DNA of 64,000 bases from Mytilus edulis. Taxonomy: Eukaryota. Position numbers and translations under genes: made by a program. This document shows, piece by piece, positions 28,290 through 39,508 of this stretch. The number at the start of each line of letters is the position of its first letter. Positions within the stretch are counted from its first letter, which is position 1. The notes below the pieces were generated by a model that was not told where the DNA came from, made no database searches, and worked only from the letters and a program-made list of their open reading frames with translations. Location of the stretch: contig NC_092344.1 in the NCBI RefSeq assembly GCF_963676685.1, positions 20,150,001 to 20,214,000 on the forward strand, given 5' to 3'.

Positions 28290-28832
28290 TATAGCAGTTT
28301 TACAAAGTTGTGAAACTGTAATCTTTAAGCTATTTATTGGAAAGTAGAATGCTTTTGCTACATAAATATAGGCTGTTTTTGACGATACCATGTACATATA
28401 TCGTGTACTAACATCATAAAGTCGTGCTAAATTACTGAAATCTTCACAATTTTAGCATTTTAGTTAAATTTGAGACGGTTTTCGACTTAAATGAAAGTGG
28501 CCGCATTCGTGTTCATCCATAATATTTAAATATAAGTTGTAATTGATGATAATACATAACATATATAAAGGTTGAGGATGAACACGGATGCGGCCACTTT
28601 CATTTTTGACAAAAACCATCTCAAAAGTGACGTTTTTTGGCATATTTGATAGATTTTTCATATTAAAGCTTGAATCGGAGCGTTTTTAATGACAAAACCA
28701 GTTAAAATCTTTCACAAAAACTAATCAAATCAATTGAAATAGACATTTAAGTGTTTAAAAAGCGTCCAAAATCTTTCGTTAGATGAACCTGAAATTTGAG
28801 GCCAAAATCAGCCCTTACCGGACCTACCCCTT
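28290..28832. mobile_element. One-ended non-autonomous DNA transposon fragment (possibly Kolobok-like)
   Basis: Internal palindrome GAAAGTGGCCGCATTCGTGTTCATCC...GGATGAACACGGATGCGGCCACTTTC (28493-28601) and a terminus CCCTTACCGGACCTACCCCTT. The second TIR is absent. Confidence 0.5.
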
Positions 28833-28869
28833 TACAGATCTAACATTGTTGGGTTGATGTTTAGACGAG

Positions 28870-28906
<37 letters not shown>
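28831..28906 (+). repeat. Short retrozyme-unit fragment followed by (TA)18
   Basis: TTTACAGATCTAACATTGTTGGGTTGATGTTTAGACGAGT, then a TA run at 28871-28906. Confidence 0.85.
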
Positions 28907-28910
<4 letters not shown>

Positions 28911-29501
28911 TCTATAAAAACGACCAACCAGCAAATTTACTATGTACCGGATCGTCTAGAATAGGCGATACTATGCAGATAAGGAAAAAATTATATCAGT
29001 CTAAAGATTTGCACAACGGTACTGATATAAGATGTTATAATACGAAAATGTTGTTATTAAATCGTGCTGACAAATATTTCGGCTCAACAAATGGCCTTCT
29101 TCAAGTGTCACAAGTTTTAACAATAGTGATACATAATGTATAAGGTGTAAAAATAGATCAGTAATAATACAGATAAGTTTTGGTCGATTGATTTTAATCC
29201 AAAATCTTGAATATCATAATATAAACAAAACACTATAATTCAATATACGTGACTGTGTATATTATCAATAAAAATGAGTGAAAAAACAAAACCGTTAGTA
29301 TTTCTTATTGATGCCGTTTGGATGGTGTACATTAAGTTCCTTTATCCAAAAGCTTTCCCGAACCTGTCGCTGGGCATCACTCCAGTGAATATTCTGTTCA
29401 ATCACTAGAATTTTCATGCGGTTAAAGTCATCAGGTTTGTGACCCGACTGTCTGAAGTGCTGAAATACTGGGAGAAGTGGCTTCTTAGAGATATCACTCC
29501 T
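28907..29501 (-). mobile_element. 3' fragment of a Penelope-like retroelement (GIY-YIG endonuclease C-terminus plus 3' region)
   Basis: Stop-free frame 29501-29295: RSDISKKPLLPVFQHFRQSGHKPDDFNRMKILVIEQNIHWSDAQRQVRESFWIKELNVHHPNGINKKY*, matching the PLE endonuclease pattern HF...H...RExFWI..L....PxG(L/I)N. Flanked by (TA)n on both sides. Confidence 0.85.
29068..29110 (-). ncRNA. PLE-type minimal hammerhead-like motif
   Basis: TGACA-C-TTGAAGA-AGGC catttgttga GCC-GAAA-TA-TT-TGTCA. Stem I is TGACA/TGTCA, stem II is GGC/GCC, stem III is the palindrome AATATT, and the core is a UUGANGA variant. Confidence 0.6.
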
Positions 29502-29513
29502 ATATATATATAT

Positions 29514-29604
29514 AGGGAAGAACCAAAAATTTGCGAAAGCAAATTTACAGATCTAACATTGTTGGGTTGATGTTTAGACGAGTTGTATATATATATATAT
29601 ATAT
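29514..29604 (+). repeat. Retrozyme-unit fragment ending in (TA)n
   Basis: AGGGAAGAACCAAAAATTTGCGAAAGC...GACGAGTTG followed by a TA run. Confidence 0.85.
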
Positions 29605-29973
29605 TTGAACGTAGTTTTCAATTTAGACTCGTTTATATATACAACTCGTCTAAACATCAACCCAACAATGTTAGATCTGTAAATTTGCGGGACGGCTACA
29701 GTGCAGGCGATTTGGTGTCACGATATCTCAGTAGCATGGGTTCGAATCCCGGCGAGGGAAGAACAAAAAATTTGCGTAAAGCAAAATTACAGATCTAACA
29801 TTGTTGGGTTGATGTTTAGACGAGTTGTATATACATAATGTACACAGCCATGTATCACCATCATTGTTGGTGATCCGATCGATAAATCTGTTGTAGAGTT
29901 GTCACTGACTCAGACGTACTTATAACTATAATTATTTTCTGTGACTGTATCTTGCATTAATTTGACGCTAGAT

Positions 29974-30020
29974 TAAAACTGACGAGGAAAGGTAACACAC
30001 GACCACCGAAAGCTTTATTA
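29974..30020 (+). ncRNA. Minimal type-I hammerhead ribozyme motif
   Basis: TAAAA-CTGACGA-GG aaa GGT aacacacg ACC a CC-GAAA-GC-TT-TATTA. The CUGANGA and GAAA cores are canonical, stem II is GG/CC plus GGT/ACC, and stem III is the palindrome AAGCTT. Confidence 0.8.
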
Positions 30021-30027
30021 TTGTGAA

Positions 30028-30120
30028 GCCAAGGTGGTCGTGTGGTCTAGCGGGACGGCTACAGTGCAGGCGATTTGGTGTCACGATATCTCAGTAGCAT
30101 GGGTTCGAATCCCGGCGAGG
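30028..30120 (+). promoter_or_regulatory. tRNA-Leu-like internal Pol III promoter (A box and B box) of the repeat unit
   Basis: A-box-like TGGTCGTGTGG(TCTA) at 30035-30045 and a perfect B box GGTTCGAATCC at 30102-30112. No complete cloverleaf or acceptor stem. Confidence 0.75.
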
Positions 30121-31036
30121 GAAGAACAAAAAATTTGCGAAAGCAAATTTACAGATCTAACATTTTTGGGTTGATTTTTAGACGAGTTGTGTATACATAA
30201 TTGCTGGTGATCCGATGGATAAATCTGTTGTAGAGTTGTCACTGACTCAGACGTACTTATATATATGTTTTCAATTTAGACTCGTTTATATATATTGAGG
30301 ATGTGGAAAGGTAATATAAGGTATAATGACTTGTCATTTATTTTACCAAATCATTTTAAGGTGTAAACATGGTATTAAAATTTGCTATTAGTCCATAGAA
30401 AATTAAAATTTTGATGCACGAAAGTCAGCGACAGCCACAAAAGAATAAAATGTACATTTGTTTTGGTCTACTTATTACATAAACATTTCATAAACTTTTT
30501 ATCGATTTAATCATGACTTCGTTGCCAGATATTCCTTATTGGTATGCCTTTTTTACTGGTCTAAATACTTTAACAATTTGTTTATGGCTAGTTTACAGAC
30601 TCCGATATTACAATTAAAATATCTATAAAGAATTCACAGATGAGGGGAGATAACTCTGAACACAAAAATGACAAACAAATGTCTAATGGAAAGCTAGGAA
30701 TTATTACACAGATAATGGTTAAAGAAGTCGATAGTGATCTTTTTAACATAAAATAATTTAAAGGAGCTCGATTTTACTATGAAAAACTTTGTTTTTGAAA
30801 GGATTTTTTTTAAATTTATGATATATAAGAATTTAGTATTTAAAACATCTCTTTCCGTACATCATAAATATAAGTATAAATGTATATATTTATTAGCTAT
30901 AAATGCAGAAATGTTTATAATAAAAAGATAACAATGGATTTCTTTGAAAAGACAGCTGAACATTCAGTGTTAACTATTTCATCTTTCATTGATATTCACT
31001 GTATTCACTGCATCGTGACTCGTAACTTTATGGCTA

Positions 31037-31257
31037 AACTAGAGCTCTAAACTGTGATCAAGTGTCGCTCACCTAAGTCTATGTGAAAAGCATCTTCAGC
31101 ATTATAGATATTTTTGGGCAATTTCATATTACTGAAACCTTTTTGGTATTTGAAGTTTGTTTCAATTTATTATAATTTTATAAAATTAGCCAAAATCATA
31201 AATAATTGATTATCAGTTCATTGGGAAATAACTCCTATATGATATCAACTGACAATT
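31037..31257. mobile_element. HINE-like terminal fragment related to 20735-21778
   Basis: AAACTAGAGCTCTA...GTGTCGCTCACCT resembles the reverse complement of the terminus at 21743-21778. Confidence 0.5.
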
Positions 31258-31528
31258 ATTTGTATGTATCTTTGTATTTACAGTTTGTTACTTGATGTGT
31301 TAAGATTAAAGTTGTACAGAGAACATTTGAGTCATTTACAGTCATTTAAAAGTGATGGAAGAGCTCACAACATCCTGCGAGATGTCAACTAAGAACCCAC
31401 CAAGCTTGACAACAGAGAAATAATATCGGCAATTGAAGAACAACGTGACGATGTGGCAACTAGTTACAGAATTGAACAAGAACAAGTGTGACCTACCTCT
31501 TACACGGAAGCCAAGAAAAATAGCATAA

Positions 31529-32486
31529 TAAACTAGATTTGCCATTGCAAGCAATAGCGGATGTCACCCTTCCCCCTATTGCCACTAAGCGACAGCCATT
31601 TCTATGGCAACGGCAGCCATTTTCAAATTTTCAAAGTCATAAGTCTCATCTTTACTTGTCAGTTAACAATAATATCAAGTTTCATTAAGTTCAAAGCATT
31701 TTGAAAAATTTTGACATTTTTGCAGTTTCCATGGCCACGGTAGCCATTTTGGAAATTCCAACTTCAAAAGTCTCATGCTGACTTGACAGTCAACAATCCT
31801 GTTAAGTTACATCAATTTTGGAGCATTTTGAAATTTTTGAAATTTTTGACATTTTGATTGGTTCCTATGGCAACAGAGACCATTCCCAAAATTTAATGGC
31901 ATATACCACATTGGTACATGGGACATCAATTTGACCTACCATTTTAAGAAAGTAAATGCCACTTTAAGATTTTTGGACCATTTTGACCTGTTTTGCATTG
32001 TTTCCATGGTAACGGCAGACATTTTCGAAATTCCAACGCCAAATTCTACATCTACCAATGTTGCTCATCGTTACTGTGAAGTTAAATTAAATTTGGAGCA
32101 TTTCCATATTTTTGAAATTTTCGGTATGGTATCCGTGGCAACATAGAAGTTCCAATGATTGCCAAAATCATCCAAAAAGCAGTATATAGTGGGCACCTAC
32201 ATTTTATTAAAATCTAAAGATTTTAAGCTTAAGCATTCTCAAACAATTCACCTAACTCCAAAATTATATTTTTTCACCATTTTTCCGTTTCCATGGGGAT
32301 GGCAGCCATTTTTTAGTTCCAAAGTTGCACTGCAACTGGAAAGTCAGGGTTCCTTGTTATAGTGCACCATCGTTTAGATTGGTTCCTTTGGCTCTGAGAA
32401 AACTGCCGGACAAAATTAGGTGGAAGAAAAATAATAATAAGAGGAAAAGCAATATGTCACCCGACATTGTCGATCGGGTGACATAA
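31529..32486 (+). mobile_element. HINE-like element nested in the Copia gag
   Basis: AAACTAG start, ATGTCACCC subterminal motif, internal CCATGGCAAC repeats, and 3' hairpin TATGTCACCCGA...TCGGGTGACATA. Gag-like sequence resumes after it. Confidence 0.7.
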
Positions 32487-32647
32487 TAACATCAGAAGAT
32501 TTGAATGATGATGAAGGAGTTGCCAAACTAACAACAGCGTTATTGTTTGAAAAGGAATAGATATATCTAGCTTATGCAGCATGTACAGCTTTAGATAAGT
32601 TTCATCGGGAGTCTTCGATGAAAATGTCTGTGTAACTATATAATTGA

Positions 32648-32777
32648 TGAAATTGAGAATGGAAATGGGGAATATGTCAAAGAGACAACAACCCGACCAT
32701 AGAGTAGACAACAGCCGAAGGCCACCAATGGGTCTTCAATATAGCGAGAAAGTCCCGCACCCGGAGGCGTCCTTCAG
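32648..32777 (-). mobile_element. Family-A 3' tail nested in the Copia
   Basis: AAATTGAGAATGGAAATGGGGAA...CCCGCACCCGGAGGCGTCCTTCAG, as at 62321. Confidence 0.85.
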
Positions 32778-35700
32778 TTTGAACAAAAGTATAACAGGTG
32801 CAAGACATATGATATGGCACTTCCACGTGTAATATAAGAATTAATACAGGACTCGGTCAAAGTGACAGACATTTAGCTCTTATTGCATGTTCTGATTTAA
32901 AATGTGATACTATGAAGGCAGTCCACATTAGAATATTTGCATCTGCTAATGAAAAAATAGTATGCAAGGAAAGTCATACACCTTTCAAATTTGGTGATGG
33001 CTAAACATTGTATTCCTAACAGTCTGTTAAGTTACCTTAAACTGTTACATAGAAATAGAAGTAGTTAAAAAGAGCATAAACCGTTTTTGATCTCAATAAT
33101 ATTAAATTATTACATAATCATTTAAGACAGAAAACTGGACAGAATGATACTGCAACGAGTGAGGTGGAAATCCTTAAGGTTGATTCTGGATTCTCTAAGA
33201 AAAGAAAGATGGATATTATATAAGAACTGCATAAACAATTTGGTCACGCCCAATTTGAAAAGTTGTTATCCCTATTGAACGTCTCAGTTGACTCAGATAC
33301 AAAGGCAATAGTGAACCATGTTTGCTCAAAATGCATTGACTTTGTGTGTTTCAACTTTCAACGTCCAAAGCCAAAGCCAGTGGTGACATTTTCTCGATGC
33401 AAGCGATTTTAACCAAATTACTGCTATGGATTTACATGAAATTGATCATAATTTCTACTATTTGCACATAATTGACTTGTATATCCGTCTGAGTGCAGAA
33501 GCCATTATCAGGAAAAGATTCATAGATAGTAGTTGACAAATTCATGCATATATAGGTTAGTGTATACAGTGCACCTGGAGTTGGGACTACACTGACAATG
33601 GTGGGGGTACAATTCTCAATTTTTGTGTGATATGGATGAAAATCTCAATATCAGCATGATTCAGTTCGTGGTCAAATGGAATTCTAGGACGACATAATGC
33701 AACTCTAACTGAAACAGGTCACAAAATCAGAGAATGTTCAAATCTATCTTGGAAACTACAATTAGTTAGGCTGTGAATGCCAAACAAAGTCGTATAACTG
33801 TGTATGGATAAAGTCCTTATCAGATTCATTGTGTTTGGAAGAAATCCTAACCAGGCATCAGCACCAGTCAATTACCTCGAGCTCTTGAAGGAGAAACAAT
33901 GATTAAAACAATGGGAAAACACTTAGTTGGTCTTCCCTAGGCAAGAAAAGCATTTGTAGCATTAGAATCCGCAGAGAAAATTAGACGTGCTCTTCGAAAG
34001 CAGGTTCGTCCCTCAGGTGAGAATTTCAAAAATAGAGATTAAGTATACTTTTTTTAGAGACAATCAATGGAAAGGAACGGGTACAGTTATTATGGACAGG
34101 ACAATGTTGTTGTGTTTATAAGGTATCGAGGAACTTATGTAAGAGTACATGAATGTAGGATTTTAAGAGATGTTAATGAACAACAAGATAAGAAAAACAA
34201 TCAGTAAGAGAGGGTAACATTGAATGAAAGTCTAAACACTTAAAACTTTGTCGAGAACAAGGCTCAGCCTTTATTATAATAGTGATGAGTATAAAGACTC
34301 CCATGTCAACAATCAGTCAGACAACGAATATAATAAAAGTGACAATGAAGCAGGACGAGAAACTGAGTTGAAAAGTCAGATAGGTGACTCCGACCTAGAC
34401 TGCGATAGTCCTGTGAATCAAGGGCATGCATCTTGTGAGGAAAGTCCATTTGGAGGTGACTCTCAACTTGAAAATGATAATTAAGTTGTGAATGAAAGGC
34501 ATTGAATTACCCTGGACCATTATGATACTCCAATGAGAGAACAGAGCAATGAGCAAGTAACTTCCCTAATGCATTTAAGGAGAGTTAAATATAAACGTAA
34601 TAAAGCTATACTTTTAAAAAAGGACCAACACGTAAACTTTAAAATGGCAGGTGATGATACTCCAAGAGAAGGCGTTGTTCTGGAGAGTGCTGGTACAGCA
34701 TCGTCGAACACTAAAAATTGACACATTGCCTCACTGGAATGCTGGATTAGTGAAGTACATTGTTAACAGCAGAAAGTGCAATTTCGGTTGTTGAATAAAT
34801 TAAAAAAAAAAAAAAAAGAATTTGTACAGTGTAGAATATAGGAAACCAGAAGACCTTAGACGTAACAAAATGTCAATAGACTTAATATCAGTTGATGAAT
34901 TGGAACGACTTAAGTTCAGTTGATGAATTGGAACTTAGCCAGTCTTACACAGAACAGGCTAGAGACTGACGAGGAATTAGAAGAAGCATTCTTCAATGAA
35001 ATTAACTTTTGTGCTGCTCGTAAAGTTGAACTTGAAAATGGGAAGTCACATAATATTTATAAAGAAGTTGAAGTTTGGTCAGTTTATCCACAAGATGAGT
35101 ATTTACAAACAAAGAATTAGATAATGAAATACACAGGAAAGCAAGACTCGTTTGCAAAAGCTTCGAAGAAGATTGTTTGGATGAAATACAGAAGAACTCT
35201 CCTACTTGTGACAAACAATCTCTTAGACTTATTCTGTCCGTCAATTCCATTGACATTAAAACTGCCCTTCTACAAGTAGATAAAATAAGGAAAGAAAGAA
35301 ATGACCCAGTGTCCCTTCATTTCAAGAACTTGGAGAACATGTAGAACTTTTGTTATATACTGATGCTTCTTTTGGAAATCTTCCAAATGGGGGAAATCAA
35401 GGAGGGTTTATGATTATGGTACTTGGAAAAATATGAAAATCAACCCAGTTACATTGCAATATAAGAAAATAAGAAGTCGCAGAAGTACACTAGCTACAGG
35501 AACATTTGCTTTAACAGATGGTCTTGATTATCCTACATCACTAGCTACTTTGAATAATGAACTTATTTTCCATAAATTTACTTATGGGGATATTCCAGCG
35601 AGATTTTTAATGGATAAGGACCTTTTTGATGCTGTACATTCAAAGAAAAAATGTATGTGAAAAGAGAACGAGACTGGAAATAAGTTCCATCAAGGGGATG

Positions 35701-37751
35701 ATCCAAAAAAGGATAGTTAATTGTTCATTCGAGTGAAACAAATGAAAAATAGCTAATGTGTTGACTAAGCACGGTGCGAGCGCACAGAACCTTTAACATT
35801 GTTTTGAAACTGGACTTGTTAATACCGTTTTCATGAGGTATCTTTACATTGATTGTGTGACAATTATAAAGGACTTTCATGTATGTATTTAATCTAGAAC
35901 CGTAGTTAAAAATCGATTACTTATGATGTTACTAGTCATATCTATAAAACTTTTATTTTCATTAATAAAATTTACATCTCAAGAAAGAGAAAGGATCAGA
36001 CTGCTTTAGTTTAGTAGTTTAGTTATTAAGATTTGTCTGTATCTTTGCATTTACAGTTTGTAACTTGGTGGCCGGTTTAGATTAAAGTTGTACAGGGAAC
36101 ATTTAAATTATTTACAGTCATTTGAACACCATCTTGGTACAAAACTTGACTGTCAATTGTATGCAAATAATTGTGCTCATTACACAACACATGCCAAGTA
36201 ATATATATACATGTATATAGGTAGACCTCAGATGATCTAAATATAAGCTTTTGTGTGCTGTCCTAGGTTGTTTTACATGTTCATTTTTATTCTGTGGTTA
36301 GCATGTCAAAAGGTACTATTGTATTGTTTATTTGTGTACTTCTCTGTCCTGAATGTTCTTTAATTTATTTGTACTGTATTCCTGTCATGAAATGTTGTCA
36401 TTTTAGTGGTAAATTAAACAGTGTCATAAAAGCATGAGGTTTGACTAGCCACAAAACCAGGTTCAACCCACCATTTTTTATTAAAATGTCCTGTCCCAAG
36501 TCAGGAAAAGGGCAGTTGTTATCTTATAGTTTGTTTCTGTGTGTTGCATTGTCGTTCGTTTTTTGTTGCACTTCAGTGTGTCTGTTGTTGCTTTGTTTTC
36601 CTCTTATAGTTGTTGTGTTTCCCTGTTTTAGTTTGTAACCCAGATTGGTTTTCTCTCAATCGATTTATGACTTTGAACTTCTTCTGTTGCCTTTATTAAA
36701 ACAAAAGCGGTTGAAAAAAATAATAACTGTCTATAAGTGATTTTTTTAATAGTTCATATGGTAGACATGTCTCTTTGACACATTCCCCATTTCCATTTTT
36801 AATTTTATCATAAATCAAGAACTTTTACACTGGTATAGTTTCAACTGATCAAGAGATTTTAAGAAAGAAATCAAATTGTATAACCTTTACCAATTAAAAA
36901 TATTTATAATGACCATAATTCTTAGCCACAATTGTAAGCTCATAGATTCTTTTTATTTGGTGATGTAATCTTAACAATATATAATTATTCAAATAACAAC
37001 ATACAATATATGATGAATAAATTTATTTTGTATGTAAAATATAGTGAAATATAGTGATTGAATAATGAGATTACAAAAAGGAAGACTAGTATAAGTTATA
37101 AACAATTTGAAACAGAAAAGAATCTCAACAATTATAAACATTTATTTAGTTAAGTTTATTAACATATGTCCTATTATTCTAAGCAATAACTTAGTTCAGT
37201 AAAATATGAAACAAATGAATCTATGCTGTTGAAGTTTTATTGATTACAAATGCTAACATGGCTGAATCCCAATTAAATTGTTGTTAACCTGTACAATCAC
37301 ATAATTATACAAGCAATTATGAAGGATAAAAAGCTACAAAACTAAACATAATTGCAACTGGCTTGGATTCCCTGACATGGATAAAATTCTTCAGACAGGA
37401 ATTGGATTTCAAAAATATAAATTAAAAAAAAAACAAGAGCATGTTTCAAATAAAAGATTCTTTCAATAAATATAAGTCTGGTGTAAAGCAAAGTAACACA
37501 TTCGTTGGATTTCTAGTTAAAATTATAAATCTTTGGGTAATATCAAGAAATTGAGATTATACATGTAATTCAAATCACAGTCAAAAAACATATATGATGA
37601 ACATGATAAAAATATGAGATTCTGTATCAATTTAATAATAATGTTTTATCACGCAGCCTCTATTGTCTGAGTTTGACAAGACTAAAACTTCAGTGCTTTA
37701 TTAAAATACTGGGTTTGTCAATGTATATGTGTTCTGCCTAACACTGGAATC

Positions 37752-38090
37752 TTTGTTATAAACAATGTCATAATATCTGTTCCTGTTGGAACAAATATTC
37801 TATACCATTTATTAAGTATCAAAAGAAAAACCATTTTTACAACACTAATGGAAGGTCTCCAACCTTAAAAGGTTGGATAACTCCCTGTTTGTTATAAACA
37901 ATGTCATAATATCTGTTCCTGTTGGAACAAATATTCTATACCATTTATTAAGTATAAAAAGGAAAACAATTTTTACAACACTAATGGAAGGTCTCCATCC
38001 TCAAAAGGTTGGATAACTCCCTGTTTGTTATAAACAATGTCATAATATCTGTTCCTGTTGGAACAAATATTCTATATCATTTATTCAGTT
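37752..38090. repeat. 136-bp tandem repeat, about 2.5 copies, in the probable CHST 3' UTR
   Basis: TTTGTTATAAACAATGTCATAATATCTG at 37752, 37888 and 38024. Confidence 0.9.
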
Positions 38091-39508
38091 AGGAAAATAG
38101 TCTATACTGAACATTTAAAAAGAATAAAGTATAAAAAGAAAAACAATTTTTACAACACCATAATGTCCATAGATTTGTGTTAACAATAATTGTGACTATC
38201 TTTTGAAACTTTTTGCTGAAAAATTATTTGAAGTTCTATATCTCATTAACATTTGATTAGTTTTTTTAAATTGAAAAGAAGTCTTTCTTATTTCAGAAAA
38301 CAGTCTAACTGTTAGATTTTAAAATGCAATATTTCATTACATATTTCCTTGTATTATATACTTTAAACAATTTTAAAAAAATATAAAAATGTAAAAATCA
38401 TTGATTACAGTTTATGTATAATTTCAGAAGGATTTCTGTACAATTGGCAAAAATATTGCATTCCTGAGATCAGAAATATAATTCTGATAAAATGACTCAA
38501 TACAAATATGAACAATAAGATAATAAAGCTCTACAAAAATATACTATGCATGCATCATACATATGTTTAAGTACAATCAAAACGGAAATGTAGAAAAAAG
38601 TTTTATTCACATTGGACTATAAAAATAATAGGACTTTGTAAAAATAATGTAAATAATTTTGATTCTTCCAAAAAAAGAGATAAAACATCACAGAAATTTA
38701 TGGATCTCTACTGTTATTACATCCCAAAAATATGCCACATAGATATTTTGTAACAAATATTTTTAAAAAAATTATTTTTCTGGGCATACCAGACAGAAGC
38801 AGAGTCAGATAATAAAACATTTCAGTTTAACCTGTTGCTTTGAACCTTTGTAAATAGAAGGTAAAATCCATAATTCATTGATGTCATTAAGCTAGTTGCA
38901 TGATTTTGAAAGCAGTAAAGCAGTCATGTTTTAAATAGAAGCAATTGAATTTTTCGGCATAACATAAAGCTTACAGGCCAGTAAAAGCTGGTTTCTTTCA
39001 TTCAGAATGACAATGGTTAAGTTATAATGTATGGTAAAAAAGCGTTCAAACCAACTGTTACAGTAAGAAATTAACTGCATTATTATTTAGTACTCAAAAT
39101 TTATATGGATCAAAACAGGAAACAGTACAATTTTAAAAATTTGGTTTTTATTATAATTTAAAAAAGTGATGTACTGACCCACCATCTGTTTTTTGCAACT
39201 AATTGTGTATCTCTTTGAAGAATGATATGATTTTTGTTTGGAGGAAAATTCTCATAGATAGCTTACAACATGTATGTGTAAAAAATTACTTCTGGCTGGC
39301 AAAAATATGTCTCAAAAAACTTCTGGATTACAATGTAATTTCAACATACAAATTAACAGTATCTAAAAATAAATCATAATTTGAAATTATCAAGTTGAAC
39401 TTGAAAAAGAGTAACTTAGCAACAATGAAGAGAATAATGTTTAACATTTTCTGCAATCAAATAAACAACAAGAACATTTTGGTTTTACAAAAATATTTTA
39501 AGACAACT

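Larger units (their letters stand above)
29642..30266 (+). mobile_element. Retrozyme/SINE insertion of ~1.6 head-to-tail units with an inverted 5' segment and a 28-bp target duplication
   Basis: GACGGCTACAGTGCAGG at 29691 and 30054 (period 363). An inverted piece spans 29642-29688. The direct repeat GTTTTCAATTTAGACTCGTTTATATATA lies at 29614-29641 and 30267-30294. Confidence 0.85.
31258..36128 (+). mobile_element. Decayed Ty1/Copia LTR retrotransposon, GalEa-like
   Basis: LTR-like direct repeats at 31258-31351 and 36031-36128, with the 3' LTR TG..CA at 36002-36128 after PPT AAGAAAGAGAAAGGA. PBS-like TGATGGAAGAGC at 31353. Gag start MSTKNPP at 31382. Integrase remnants LHKQFGH, AMDLHE, TDNGG, FGRNP, EKIRRALRKQVR. 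RT remnants KARLV, SPT, DIKTA. RNase H remnants YTDASFGNLPNG, STLA, ANVLTK. The IN-RT-RH order indicates Copia; many stops and frameshifts. Confidence 0.88.

Noticed and set aside
30028-30120. Functional tRNA gene (also 28030-28127 and 63345-63415)
   Set aside because: A and B boxes are present, but there is no complete acceptor stem or proper anticodon arm, and they are embedded in repeat units.
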